64,000 nt of DNA from the NCBI GenBank assembly GCA_965223345.1, contig CBDCWG010000012.1, forward strand, positions 1,696,001 through 1,760,000. The letters run 5' to 3'. Source of the DNA: Nitrospinales bacterium. GTDB lineage: Bacteria > Nitrospinota > Nitrospinia > Nitrospinales > VA-1. A program made the translations under genes and the position numbers. Below are positions 9,847 to 19,780 of this stretch, one piece after another. A model generated the notes under the pieces. That model was not told the origin of the DNA. It did no database searches and saw only the letters and a list, made by a program, of their open reading frames with translations. Each line of letters opens with the position of its first letter. The stretch's first letter is position 1.

Positions 9847-10284
9847 ATGCCTCCCAGAAATCCCACACCGACAGTGGATATCATCATCGAAATGCAGGAA
9901 GGGCAGGTCGTCCTGATCCGCAGAGCCAACCCTCCGGAGGGCTGGGCGCTGCCGGGGGGCTACGTGGACTACGGCGAGTCCCTGGAGCAGGCGGCGGTGC
10001 GTGAGGCGAAAGAGGAGACGTCGCTGGATATCCAGCTCAAGGGGCAGTTCCACACGTATTCCGACCCGGCGCGGGATGCGCGCCAGCACAACATATCCAC
10101 GGTGTTCGTGGCCTCGGCCACAGGCAGCCCGAAAGCGGACTCGGACGCGAAAGATCTGGGGGTGTTTGCGCGCGATGCGTTGCCCGAGCCTCTGGCCTTC
10201 GATCATGCGGCGATTCTCGACGATTATTTTTCCATACGCGACCGGGCGGGCGGCGAACCGTTTTCCCGGCAGATCAAACCCTGA
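9847..10284 (+). CDS. NUDIX hydrolase
   Basis: Nudix box [24 protein letters not shown]. Confidence 0.93.
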   Translation: MPPRNPTPTVDIIIEMQEGQVVLIRRANPPEGWALPGGYVDYGESLEQAAVREAKEETSLDIQLKGQFHTYSDPARDARQHNISTVFVASATGSPKADSDAKDLGVFARDALPEPLAFDHAAILDDYFSIRDRAGGEPFSRQIKP

Positions 10285-10286
10285 CG

Positions 10287-11234
10287 GTGGCGCGCTTGTT
10301 TTCCTTCTCTTTTGCCCACAGACGAACGGCCGGGGTGTGTCTCACACTGCTTTTTCTGTTTTCAGGGGGCTCTGCATCACAGTCCTGGGCGGAAAAGCCG
10401 GCGCAGTCTTCAAACCCGAGCTGGGGTTATCTCAAAACGCTGACCGGGTTCGGGCCGCGCTATCCCGGAAGTCCGGGGCACAAGCGCACGATCGCGCTTC
10501 TCAAGCAGGTGGGGGAGAAGTACGCCGATTCGGTGGAGGTGCAGGCGTTCTCGCATGCACGCTCCGGCGAGAAACCGCTCGCGCTTTCCAACGTCATCCT
10601 GACCTTCAACGGTCAGCAGAAAGGCCCGCCGGTTCTCATCGGCACGCACCACGACACGCGCCCCTTCGCGGATGAGGAAACCAATCCCGCTTTGCGCTCC
10701 CGCCCGATTCTGGGCGCCAACGACGGCGGTTCCGGCACCGCGGTGCTGTTGGCGCTGGCGGAGCACCTGAGCCGCAACCGCCCGAGCCGCACGGTGCAGC
10801 TGGTGTTTTTCGACGGGGAGGATTGGGGTGAAAAGGGTTCCGGCGAAAATCTTCTCGGCTCGATCCATTACGCCAACAGCCTGCGCGATTCGGACACGAA
10901 AGAGCTGCCCTACTGCGTGCTGGTGATCGACATGATCGGCGACCGCAATCTGGAAATTTACCGGGAATCGTTTTCCGTCAAGCACGCGGCCTGGCTGGTG
11001 GATCTGATCTTCAAGATCGCCGCGAAGAAAAACCTGCCTCAGTTCAAGAACAAGCTCAAATACACGATCTACGACGACCACTATCCCTTCATCGGGCTCG
11101 GCGTCCCCTCTGTGGTGCTGATCGATTTCGACTACCCGCACTGGCACAAAATGACCGACACGCTGGACAAATGTTCGCCGGAGAGTCTTGCGATCGTGTT
11201 CGATGTGGTGGTGGAGGTGCTGAAAAAACTGTGA
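10287..11234 (+). CDS. M28 family peptidase / glutaminyl cyclase-like
   Basis: HHDTRP, GANDGGSG, FDGED, DMIG, DDHYPF and WH-x3-D motifs. Confidence 0.88.
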   Translation: MARLFSFSFAHRRTAGVCLTLLFLFSGGSASQSWAEKPAQSSNPSWGYLKTLTGFGPRYPGSPGHKRTIALLKQVGEKYADSVEVQAFSHARSGEKPLALSNVILTFNGQQKGPPVLIGTHHDTRPFADEETNPALRSRPILGANDGGSGTAVLLALAEHLSRNRPSRTVQLVFFDGEDWGEKGSGENLLGSIHYANSLRDSDTKELPYCVLVIDMIGDRNLEIYRESFSVKHAAWLVDLIFKIAAKKNLPQFKNKLKYTIYDDHYPFIGLGVPSVVLIDFDYPHWHKMTDTLDKCSPESLAIVFDVVVEVLKKL

Positions 11235-11269
11235 GTGGTGCGGGCTGGCCGGGGAGGGGGCGAACGGCC

Positions 11270-12649
11270 TCAGCGCGGGATGCGCCGTTGCAGCTCGGAG
11301 CGCTTGAGCTGCGCTTCCAGATCGTCGGGATCCATCTGCAGGATGATGTCCAGTTGCTTTCGCGCTTTGTCCATGTCTCCGCGGCCGTAATGGATGTCGT
11401 ACAGTTTCCAGTGCAGAGAGAGGAAGTCCACACCCAGACTGACCGACATCTGATAGGCCTGTTGCGCTTTGTCCCACTGGTTGAGTGAGAAATAAGCGTT
11501 GCCGAGGTTGTAGTGGGCGATGGCGAATTCCGGGTCGAGCTCCAGGGTTTTTTTGATGTGCTGCAGCGCTTCCTGAGCGCGGCCGAGCTTGTTCAGAGCG
11601 GCTCCCAGGTTGGAATGCGCCTGGATGAAATTCGGGTAATGGGCGATCGCCCGCTTGAACAGTTCCACCGCTTCCTCGACTTTCCCCGCGCGGAAATAAT
11701 AGCCTCCCAGATTGGACAGCACTTCCGGAAATTTCGGGTTGAGGCGCAGGATCTGTTCGTAGGCCTGCGTGGTTTTCTCGGGCATGCCCTTGTCCCGGAA
11801 GGCGACCGCCTGGTCGTAGAGCGCCAGGATGAACTGCGGATCGAGGCTCAGGGCCTGGTCGAACAACTCCAGCGCGCGGTCCGGGTCGCCCTGGGCGTAG
11901 AGCGCGAAATTGCCCTTGTAATAGAGCGCTTCCTTGGAGGTTTTGTCTTCCTCGAGGATCTGCTTGAGCTTGCGCCGGTTTGTCGCCTTCAAAAACGGTT
12001 TGACCTCATCGATGGGCAACGCGAGGTTGATCGAACGCCCTTCGACGGTGGCGATGCCGAGCACCTGGTTTTCCCGGTTCAGCAGCGGCCCGCCGCTGAA
12101 GCCGGGACCGAAGTCCGTGGTGGTGTAGATATAGGAAAAATCCGGAAACGCCTGCGGATGCACCCCGAGCACGAAGCCGTAGGTCTGCAGGATGATTCCC
12201 TTTTCCTTGCCGTCTTCCTCGCTCACGTTGCGGGACGGGTAGCCCAGGGCGCTGGTGTATTCGAAGGGTTTGAGCCCGGTGGAATCCGCCAGTTCCAGGG
12301 TGGAATAAAACCCCTCTGTCAGCTGCAGCACCGCGAAGTCTTTTTTGCGGTCGATCTTCACAACCCAATCGACGGCAGCCTGCTCGCCGTTGGGAAAATG
12401 GGCGTCCACCGATACGGCGTCCACCAGCACGTGGTAGTTGGTGATCAGGGTGCCGCCGGGATCGACCACGAAGCCGGTGCCGGTGGACACGGTGTTGCCC
12501 TGGCTGTCTTTGGCGATCAACAGGGCGATGGCGCTTTTGTTGGCTTCGTGGCCCCAGGCGGAAACGCCGGGCAGCAAAAAGGAGGCGACCAGGAGGAGGC
12601 AGCCTCCCCGGTGCAGGAAATTTTTCAACTGGTACCGGAAGCGATTCAT
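11270..12649 (-). CDS. Trypsin-like serine protease with C-terminal TPR repeats
   Basis: TNYHV, KDFA and GFSGGP catalytic triad motifs followed by several TPRs; signal peptide. Confidence 0.88.
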   Translation of the reverse strand: MNRFRYQLKNFLHRGGCLLLVASFLLPGVSAWGHEANKSAIALLIAKDSQGNTVSTGTGFVVDPGGTLITNYHVLVDAVSVDAHFPNGEQAAVDWVVKIDRKKDFAVLQLTEGFYSTLELADSTGLKPFEYTSALGYPSRNVSEEDGKEKGIILQTYGFVLGVHPQAFPDFSYIYTTTDFGPGFSGGPLLNRENQVLGIATVEGRSINLALPIDEVKPFLKATNRRKLKQILEEDKTSKEALYYKGNFALYAQGDPDRALELFDQALSLDPQFILALYDQAVAFRDKGMPEKTTQAYEQILRLNPKFPEVLSNLGGYYFRAGKVEEAVELFKRAIAHYPNFIQAHSNLGAALNKLGRAQEALQHIKKTLELDPEFAIAHYNLGNAYFSLNQWDKAQQAYQMSVSLGVDFLSLHWKLYDIHYGRGDMDKARKQLDIILQMDPDDLEAQLKRSELQRRIPR

Positions 12650-12860
12650 GCGCGCGTTTTACAGGCGTCGCCAAAGGCGAAGCGGGCGCCTGGATGTGAT
12701 TGAGATAAGGACCTAATGATTTTATAAATTGCGGGTGGGGATTACAACCCCTTTCGCTCTCAGTAAAAAATTAATTTTTTCAATGAGTTGCTGTATGAAT
12801 CGCCGTCTGGCGTCGCAGCGCGGAAGTGGGGGGATGAACCTGTAAGCGGGGCCGGGGAAG

Positions 12861-12897
12861 CAAACAACGATGCTGCCCCGGACTCGGGGCAGCATCG
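12861..12897 (-). terminator. Intrinsic terminator after the DUF4399 gene
   Basis: CGATGCTGCCCCG-gact-CGGGGCAGCATCG 13-bp stem, followed by TTGTTTG on the minus strand. Confidence 0.7.
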
Positions 12898-12921
12898 GCG
12901 ATGTCTTTGACCGAAAACCGG

Positions 12922-13338
12922 TTATTTGACCGTGACCGTGATCGAATCGGTCAGGGCGGGGTTGTACGGCACATGGTTCCCGGTTGCGAACAGCGTCCGC
13001 AGGGTGTGCTTGCCCGCATCCAGTTTCAGTTCCTTACAGGTGGAGCCGTCACCCATGTGAACGTGGTTGGCGTCTTTCCCGATGGGTTTGCTGAGGTCCT
13101 TGGGAACGTCCACATCGATCAGGATGTGATGATGGCCTTTGCCCTTGTTCACACCTTTTTTCGCCGGTTCTACTTCGACGCCGGAAACTTCCATGCACAC
13201 CTTCACCGGACTGGAAACGGTGGCTCCGTCTTTCGGTTCGGAGATTTTGACAGATTTATCACCGGCGCACGCCGTGGCGACAATCAATGCCAGCAAACTT
13301 CCCACTACCACCATGAACTGAATCGAAAACTTTTTCAT
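12922..13338 (-). CDS. DUF4399-family exported protein
   Basis: P-DGATVSSPV, GHHHILID, HMGDG, GKHTL and GNHVP motifs. Confidence 0.85.
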   Translation of the reverse strand: MKKFSIQFMVVVGSLLALIVATACAGDKSVKISEPKDGATVSSPVKVCMEVSGVEVEPAKKGVNKGKGHHHILIDVDVPKDLSKPIGKDANHVHMGDGSTCKELKLDAGKHTLRTLFATGNHVPYNPALTDSITVTVK

Positions 13339-13840
13339 AATGCCCGGACTCCTAAAAAAATCAAAAACAGGTTGTTAATGGACCTCCCGCGCCCGAATGG
13401 AGTGACGTGACTGGAATCGGTACGTTGGACTTGCAAAACCCGCAAGCGGCGCGAAGCGAACGATTCCCATGTTGCCGGTACGTCGGATCGATTCGCCCAT
13501 TTTGACCTTCATCATTAGCCTGTGAGAAATTCGATCCCAACGAACGCTTCACTCTCGAACCGGGTTTTCAAGTGAGGGGAGGATGTTTTGCTCTATAAGA
13601 TTGACCTTACTATAAAAAAGATTCGAGCTGAAAATTTTTTTTGCATGTCCTTTTGGCCCAATTTGTCCATCGCGCAGGGCGGCAGGGCAGGGGAACCAGG
13701 CCGCATTTTCGGAGACGCTAATTGCGATATCCACATGCAGAACTTGCGCCGGGATTCCGTTTGCGATGTGGATTGTGCAGGCGGGCGATGCACCGGCCGC
13801 AACCGCCTGTGCGGGGCGGGGATGAAAAGCCGCATTTCGC

Positions 13841-13869
13841 TTGACATGGCGGCGATTGTTCCCTAACCT
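13841..13869 (+). promoter_or_regulatory. Probable sigma-70 promoter giving mrp a ~260-nt leader
   Basis: TTGACA-N17-TAACCT. Confidence 0.5.
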
Positions 13870-14132
13870 CATGTCTAAGCCTATATTTTATTTGTTTTTA
13901 CATTGTAACCGCGCCCGTTTTTCAAAGTCCTTGATTGGTTTCCCGTTGAGCCCCGCGCCGATGGGAAACGCCGGAGGGAACGGGCTCCGTTCTTACAGAT
14001 ACAGCCGGAAATTTCAAACGCAATTCCGCTGTCCGCCGTTTCCCGCACCCGGAATATGACAGGGAAGCGAAACCGCAACCGGCCGGCAGCGAAAATCTTG
14101 AATACTTTCAGATTGCAATAGATCAGGAGGTC

Positions 14133-15041
14133 ATGATGGTCGTAACGGGAGAATGCAGGCTCCTGCACACCTGTGAGATGTGCGAATTCAACAACGATAC
14201 CGATTGCAAGGCCGATAAAAACGAGCACAACCGGTGGTTGGTGAATCACCGGATGAACGACATCAAGCACAAGCTCATCGTCGGCAGCAACAAAGGCGGG
14301 GTTGGGAAGAGCACCGTGACCACGAATCTCGCCATCGCCTTGGCGGAGAAAGGGTATGCGGTCGGGCTGGCGGACGCCGATCTGCACGGACCCAATATCC
14401 CCAAGCTGCTGAACGCGGAAAGCGTGCGGCTCAAAGCCACCGACGAGGGCATCGACCCCTACGAGACCCGCAACGGGCTGAAGGTGGCGTCTCTGGGATT
14501 TCTGATCGAAGACCCCAACATGCACATCGCCTGGCGCGACGCGGTGAAATACGATTTTATCATCGAGCTTTTGGGCAACATCCACTGGGGCAAGCTGGAC
14601 TACCTGCTCATCGACCTGCCGCCCGGAACCGGGAACGAGCAGATCACCATCATCGATTTCATCGGTGAGGTGGACGGTGCGGTGGTGGTGACGACGCCCC
14701 AGGACCTGGCGCTGCTGGACGCCCGCAAGATGATTTCCTTCGCGCGCGACAGCAACGTGCCCATTGTCGGGATCATCGAGAACATGAGCACGCTGACCTG
14801 TCCGCACTGCGACAAGGAGATCGACGTGTTCAAAAAAGGCGGCGGCGAGAAGCTGGCGCAGGAGCTGGTGCTGCCGTATCTGGGCAGAATTCCGCTGGAT
14901 GCGGAGATCACCGTGCGCTCCGACAGCGGCGAACCGGTGGTGCTGTCGCGCCCCGATTCGGCGGCGGCCAAGGCGTTTCTCGAGCTCGCCGACAACTGTC
15001 ACAAGTTTCTCAACCCGGAACCCTCCATCGCGGCGGGCTGA
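14133..15041 (+). CDS. mrp: Mrp/NBP35 (ApbC) Fe-S cluster carrier ATPase
   Basis: KGGVGKST, DADLHGP, DLPPGTG, VTTPQ, ENMS-x3-CPHC; GGAGG SD. Confidence 0.93.
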   Translation: MMVVTGECRLLHTCEMCEFNNDTDCKADKNEHNRWLVNHRMNDIKHKLIVGSNKGGVGKSTVTTNLAIALAEKGYAVGLADADLHGPNIPKLLNAESVRLKATDEGIDPYETRNGLKVASLGFLIEDPNMHIAWRDAVKYDFIIELLGNIHWGKLDYLLIDLPPGTGNEQITIIDFIGEVDGAVVVTTPQDLALLDARKMISFARDSNVPIVGIIENMSTLTCPHCDKEIDVFKKGGGEKLAQELVLPYLGRIPLDAEITVRSDSGEPVVLSRPDSAAAKAFLELADNCHKFLNPEPSIAAG

Positions 15042-15356
15042 CGCAGGCGCTGCCGTACCGGGTTTTGCGCTTCCGGAATCAGGCCCTGCCTCGCCGTGAG
15101 GCGGGCTTTGCCCTGCCTGTGCCCTGCACCCTGCGGTCTTTGTGGCAGGGCCGGTTCGGCGGCGGGTGTTTCCCAAGCCAACCGCTTTCGCAAACGCCCC
15201 GTTTCCAGCGATTTTGCTGCGCCACATTTCCGCCCTCACAGGAAACAAACTGATTGCACGCACCCCCTCAATTGCGAGATAATGAATAGAGTGCGTGGAG
15301 CCGGTCCGGTTTTGCGTGCGATGGGTTTTTTTCTGCAACAAAAAAAGATCGCTTCC

Positions 15357-16430
15357 ATGAGCATTCGTCGTTTCGCATTTTTTTCCTGCCTGTTGGCGAG
15401 TTTCCTTTTATTTGCGAAAACGGGATTCGCCGATCCCCATAACGGAAAGACATTCACAAACAATCCGGTCGTGGCCACGGTGGAAGGTGAGCCGGTCATG
15501 ATGGACGATGTGAAAAACGCCCAGATTCACGATGCGATGGCGCAGCTGCATAAAATGCAGAACCGGGCGTTGAAGGAAAAGATCCTGCAGATCCTCGGCA
15601 AGAAGTATCCCGACATGATGAACGAGGAGCTGCCGGAGGTGAGCGAGCGGGACATCGCCAAGTTTTACCGGGAAACCCCGGGGGTGAAAGAGCTGGGCAG
15701 CCTGGACAAGATGCGCGTGGAGATCCGCGAATACCTGGAACGGCTCGCGCAAGAGACCTACATCGAGGAAAAATATCAATGGGCTTTGGATAAGAAACTG
15801 GTCAAAGTCTATCTGAAGCCGCCGAGCGAATTTCATGTCGTGGCGGGCATCGGCACGGCCATGCTGGCGTTCGAGCCGGAGCCGAAAAAAGCCCGCAAGG
15901 TTTTTGTGCTGGAATATTCCGACTTTGAATGCCCGTTCTGCAAACGCGTGCAGGACACGCTGCGCAAGCTCAGAAAAGAGTATGCCAAAGAGGTTCAGTT
16001 CGGCTACCGGCATTTCCCTCTGCCGTTTCACAAAGACGCCAAGTATCTCGCCGAGGCGGTGGAATGCGCCCGCGATCAGGAACGGTTCTGGGAAATGCAG
16101 ACCATCCTCTATAAAAAAATCGACAGCCGCATTTCCGAGATCGATGAGGATGTCGTCAAACTGGCAAAAGAGGCGGGCGTCAAAAAGCTCGACGCGTTTC
16201 AAGCCTGCCTGAAATCGGGCAAATACAAGGAACGGGTTCAAAACGATATCCGTGAAGGGCTGCGTCTCGGCATTCAAGGCACGCCCACCTTCATTCTCGG
16301 CCTGTACGATTCGGAATCGGGTAATGTTTCCGGTGAGATGTTTTCCGGTGCGGTCTCTTCGGAAAAATTCATCCAGGCCATCGAGAAGTACCTGTCCCTC
16401 TCCCGCGCCGAAGCGAAGCTGATCCGCTGA
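15357..16430 (+). CDS. DsbA/thioredoxin-domain exported protein
   Basis: EYSDFECPFC, RHFPL and GTPTF motifs; signal peptide. Confidence 0.88.
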   Translation: MSIRRFAFFSCLLASFLLFAKTGFADPHNGKTFTNNPVVATVEGEPVMMDDVKNAQIHDAMAQLHKMQNRALKEKILQILGKKYPDMMNEELPEVSERDIAKFYRETPGVKELGSLDKMRVEIREYLERLAQETYIEEKYQWALDKKLVKVYLKPPSEFHVVAGIGTAMLAFEPEPKKARKVFVLEYSDFECPFCKRVQDTLRKLRKEYAKEVQFGYRHFPLPFHKDAKYLAEAVECARDQERFWEMQTILYKKIDSRISEIDEDVVKLAKEAGVKKLDAFQACLKSGKYKERVQNDIREGLRLGIQGTPTFILGLYDSESGNVSGEMFSGAVSSEKFIQAIEKYLSLSRAEAKLIR

Positions 16431-16490
16431 CCCCCGCTGGCAGCGCAGCGGACCGGGACGCGGACCCGCCGTTCGGTTGTCGAATTCCCC

Positions 16491-17057
16491 ATGACTCAGC
16501 CACAATGCCATCTCAAGCGGGGACGCCGTGCGCCACTTGCAGCCGGGCTCTATGTGTGGATGTGCCTGAGCGTGTTCGCGTTTCCGGCTGATTCCTTCGA
16601 GCCGTTCAAAGCGTTTTCCCCCCCGCAGGAGCCGGAATCCATCATCAAAGTCGAGGCGCTGGTTGAGCCGGAGGAAACCCGGCCGGGCGAGACGCTGCGG
16701 CTGCATCTGCGGGTCCGCCTGCAACCGGGCTGGCACATTTATGCTCTGAAACTCCCCGAGGGGGAACAAGAGGAGAACCTCGCCACACGCATCGAGCTTG
16801 CCGGGGAGGGGCTGATCGGGCCGGGGCGCTGGACGGAGTCCGAACCCCGGATCGCGCGCGACGGCGCGCTGGACCGGGTGGTGCCGATCCACGAAGGCTT
16901 CGCGGAATTTGACTGGCAGGGCAGAGTGGCGGAAAATGTCCAATCGGGCACGCACGCCCTCGCGGGTTCGATCACGTTTCGCGCCTGCGACAACCGGGTC
17001 TGCACGCTTCCCCGGCGCACCGATTTCACCGCCCGCATGGTGGTGCGATCCGAATGA
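16491..17057 (+). CDS. DsbD N-terminal-domain (thiol:disulfide interchange) protein
   Basis: GWHIY and ACDNRVCTLP motifs. Confidence 0.8.
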   Translation: MTQPQCHLKRGRRAPLAAGLYVWMCLSVFAFPADSFEPFKAFSPPQEPESIIKVEALVEPEETRPGETLRLHLRVRLQPGWHIYALKLPEGEQEENLATRIELAGEGLIGPGRWTESEPRIARDGALDRVVPIHEGFAEFDWQGRVAENVQSGTHALAGSITFRACDNRVCTLPRRTDFTARMVVRSE

Positions 17058-17079
17058 ACAGGATTCAAGGAAAACAACG

Positions 17080-19710
17080 ATGCAGGTGATCACCACCCAT
17101 TTGAATGCGGATTTCGACTGCCTCGCCTCGATGGTGGCCGCGCGCAAGCTGTATCCCAAAGCCCGGATGGTGTTTTCGGGCTCGGCGGAGCGGTCGGTGA
17201 ACCGCTACCTGGAGGAGCGCGGCGGCTGGATCGAAATTTCGAGGCTCAAGTCGATCGATCTGGACCGGGTCGAGACCCTGATCCTGGTGGACACGCAGAG
17301 CCCGAAACGCATCGGCGGCTTCGGCCCGCTGGTGAAAAAGCCGGGCGTGGCGGTGCACGTTTTCGATCACCATCCCGATGCGGGGGACGCCCTGGGCGCC
17401 GACCGGGCCACGGTCTGCAAGCGCGGGGCGGCGACGACGGTGCTGGTGGAGACGCTTGTGGAAAACGGAATGGTCCTGAACCCGGAAGAAAGCACGTTGA
17501 TGGCGCTGGGGATCTTCGAGGACACGCATTCGCTGCTGTCGGTTTCCGTCACGCCGGAGGATTTCTCGGCGCTCGCGCTGCTTGTCGAATGGGGCGCGGA
17601 TCTGACCGTCGTCGCCGAATACGTGCAGCCGCGGCTCAACAACGACCTGGTGGAGGTGCTGAACGATCTCATCCGCAACCTGGAAACGCTCAGGATCAAC
17701 GGCGTCGATGTGCACGTGGCGACGGCGTCGCCGAACCGTTTTGTGGAGGACCTGTCGCATGCGGTGCAGAAGTTGGTGGATCTGGAAAATCTGGCCGTGT
17801 TCGTGGCGCTGGTGCGCGTGGAGCGGCAGATCTATCTGATCGGGCGCAGCCGCGAGCCGCAGGTGGACGTCGGCGAAATCGCCGCGGCGTTCGGCGGTGG
17901 CGGGCATTCCTATGCGGCGTCGGCGACGATCCGCGACCTGACGCTGGCTCAGGTGCGCGAAAAACTGCAGACGGTTCTGGAACGCGTGGTGCAGCCGCCG
18001 CGCCGAGTGGCGGACATCATGCATTTCCCGGTGGTGTCGGTGAAAAAGAGCGACACCATCCAGGCGGTGGAAAAGAAGCTGACGCGCTTCAACCTGAACA
18101 CGCTGCCGGTGCTGGAAGGGGCGCGGCCGGTGGGGCTCATCACGCGGCAGACGGTGGAAAAGGCCATCCACCACCAATTGACCAAGGAAAAGACGGAAGC
18201 GCTGATGATCCGCGAATTTTCCGTCACCACGCCCGAGGCGTTTTTCAAAACGATTCAGCCCATCATGATCGAGGACAAGCAAAAACTCATTCCGGTGGTG
18301 GACCCGAAGAAAGGCCACCTCGTCGGCATCGTCAGCCGCGGCGATCTTTTGCGCACGCTGCACGGCGACATGCTGCGCGACGGCAGTGCGCCCGGCTCCG
18401 GCGTGAAAACAACCGCCGGCGCGCGCAAAAACATCAAAAGCCTGCTGAAAAAGCAGCTGGACAAAAGCGTGATGCAGCTGTTCGCGCAGATGGCGGCGAT
18501 CGCCGACCAGGAGGGGATGGGCATCCATGTGGTGGGCGGCTTCGTGCGCGACCTGCTTTTAGGCGAGGCCAACCTGGATCTGGACATCGTCGTCGAGGGC
18601 GACGGCATCGCCTTCGCCAAGAAGGCCGCGAAAAAACTCAAAGGCCGGGTCAAAAGCCACGCCAAGTTCGGCACCTCGGTGGTCATTCTGGAAAACGGCC
18701 TGCGCATCGATGTGGCGACGGCGCGCATGGAATACTACAAGCACCCGGCGGCGCTGCCGACGGTGGAGAAAAGCTCCATCAAGGCCGATCTGTTCCGGCG
18801 GGATTTTTCCATCAACAGCCTGGCCGTCAAGCTCAACGGGCCCGACGCGTTCACGCTGCTGGATTACTTCAACGGCGAACGCGATCTCAAGGACAAGCTG
18901 ATCCGCGTGCTGCACAACCTGAGTTTCATCGAAGACCCCTGCCGGATTTTTCGCGCCATCCGGTTCGAGCAGCGCTTTCACTTCACTCTCGGCAAGCAGA
19001 CCGAGGCGTTTATGAAAAACGCGGTGCAGAAGGGGTGGGTGGACGCGTTGAGCGGCTCGCGCCTTTTGAACGAGTTGATCCTCTTGATGAAGGAGGCCGC
19101 GCCGGTGAAGTGCGTGCGCCGCATGCGCGAGTTTGAGCTGTTTGCCTGCATCGCCCCCGCCATGCTCAAGGACGCGAAGCAGGTGGCTCCACTCGACCGC
19201 ATCGAGGGGGTTCTGGCGTGGGCCGAGCGGGTGCCCGTGAATGCAGAGCCCGAGGTCTGGTACGTGTATTTTCTCGGCCTGTTCTACGAGCTGGACCGCG
19301 CGTCGTTCCGCCGTGCGGCGGACCGGCTGAAGCTGCCGATGCGGCTGCGGAAACGGCTGGAGGCCGACCGGGAGAGCTGCCGGGAGTCGCTGCCCAAGCT
19401 CAAGGACAGGAAAAAACGCGCGCCCAGCGAGGTGTACGATCTGTTTTCCAGCCTGTCGTCCGAAGCGGTGATCTTTCTTCTGGCGCTCGCCAACAGCGAC
19501 CGGGTCAACAACCAGGCGACGCTGTATTTCTCCCAGTACCACGGCTCGGCGAAACTGTCGCTTACGGGCGACGATCTGATCCGCATGGGCATCGCCCCCG
19601 GACCGGTGTTTCAGAAGGTGTTCAAAACCCTGCGGGACGCGCGCGTGAACGGCAACGTCAAGAGCAAGCGCGAGGAAATGGCTCTGGTGAAGGAAAAGTT
19701 CATCCGATGA
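17080..19710 (+). CDS. tRNA nucleotidyltransferase with DHH/DHHA1 and CBS domains (A-adding type)
   Basis: H-NADFD, DHH, GGGH, two CBS domains, then VGGFVRD, DLDIVV, RRDFSIN, EDPCR. Confidence 0.9.
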   Translation: MQVITTHLNADFDCLASMVAARKLYPKARMVFSGSAERSVNRYLEERGGWIEISRLKSIDLDRVETLILVDTQSPKRIGGFGPLVKKPGVAVHVFDHHPDAGDALGADRATVCKRGAATTVLVETLVENGMVLNPEESTLMALGIFEDTHSLLSVSVTPEDFSALALLVEWGADLTVVAEYVQPRLNNDLVEVLNDLIRNLETLRINGVDVHVATASPNRFVEDLSHAVQKLVDLENLAVFVALVRVERQIYLIGRSREPQVDVGEIAAAFGGGGHSYAASATIRDLTLAQVREKLQTVLERVVQPPRRVADIMHFPVVSVKKSDTIQAVEKKLTRFNLNTLPVLEGARPVGLITRQTVEKAIHHQLTKEKTEALMIREFSVTTPEAFFKTIQPIMIEDKQKLIPVVDPKKGHLVGIVSRGDLLRTLHGDMLRDGSAPGSGVKTTAGARKNIKSLLKKQLDKSVMQLFAQMAAIADQEGMGIHVVGGFVRDLLLGEANLDLDIVVEGDGIAFAKKAAKKLKGRVKSHAKFGTSVVILENGLRIDVATARMEYYKHPAALPTVEKSSIKADLFRRDFSINSLAVKLNGPDAFTLLDYFNGERDLKDKLIRVLHNLSFIEDPCRIFRAIRFEQRFHFTLGKQTEAFMKNAVQKGWVDALSGSRLLNELILLMKEAAPVKCVRRMREFELFACIAPAMLKDAKQVAPLDRIEGVLAWAERVPVNAEPEVWYVYFLGLFYELDRASFRRAADRLKLPMRLRKRLEADRESCRESLPKLKDRKKRAPSEVYDLFSSLSSEAVIFLLALANSDRVNNQATLYFSQYHGSAKLSLTGDDLIRMGIAPGPVFQKVFKTLRDARVNGNVKSKREEMALVKEKFIR

Positions 19711-19780
19711 GCCGGCGTCTGTTCAGCCTGCGGTTTGCAGGGTGGGCTGCCTTTTTTTCCCGAAACCATCCTCTTTCGCA

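Noticed and set aside
13361..13872. Short ORFs in the DUF4399-mrp intergenic region
   Set aside because: Overlapping in several frames with no SD, motif or codon-bias support
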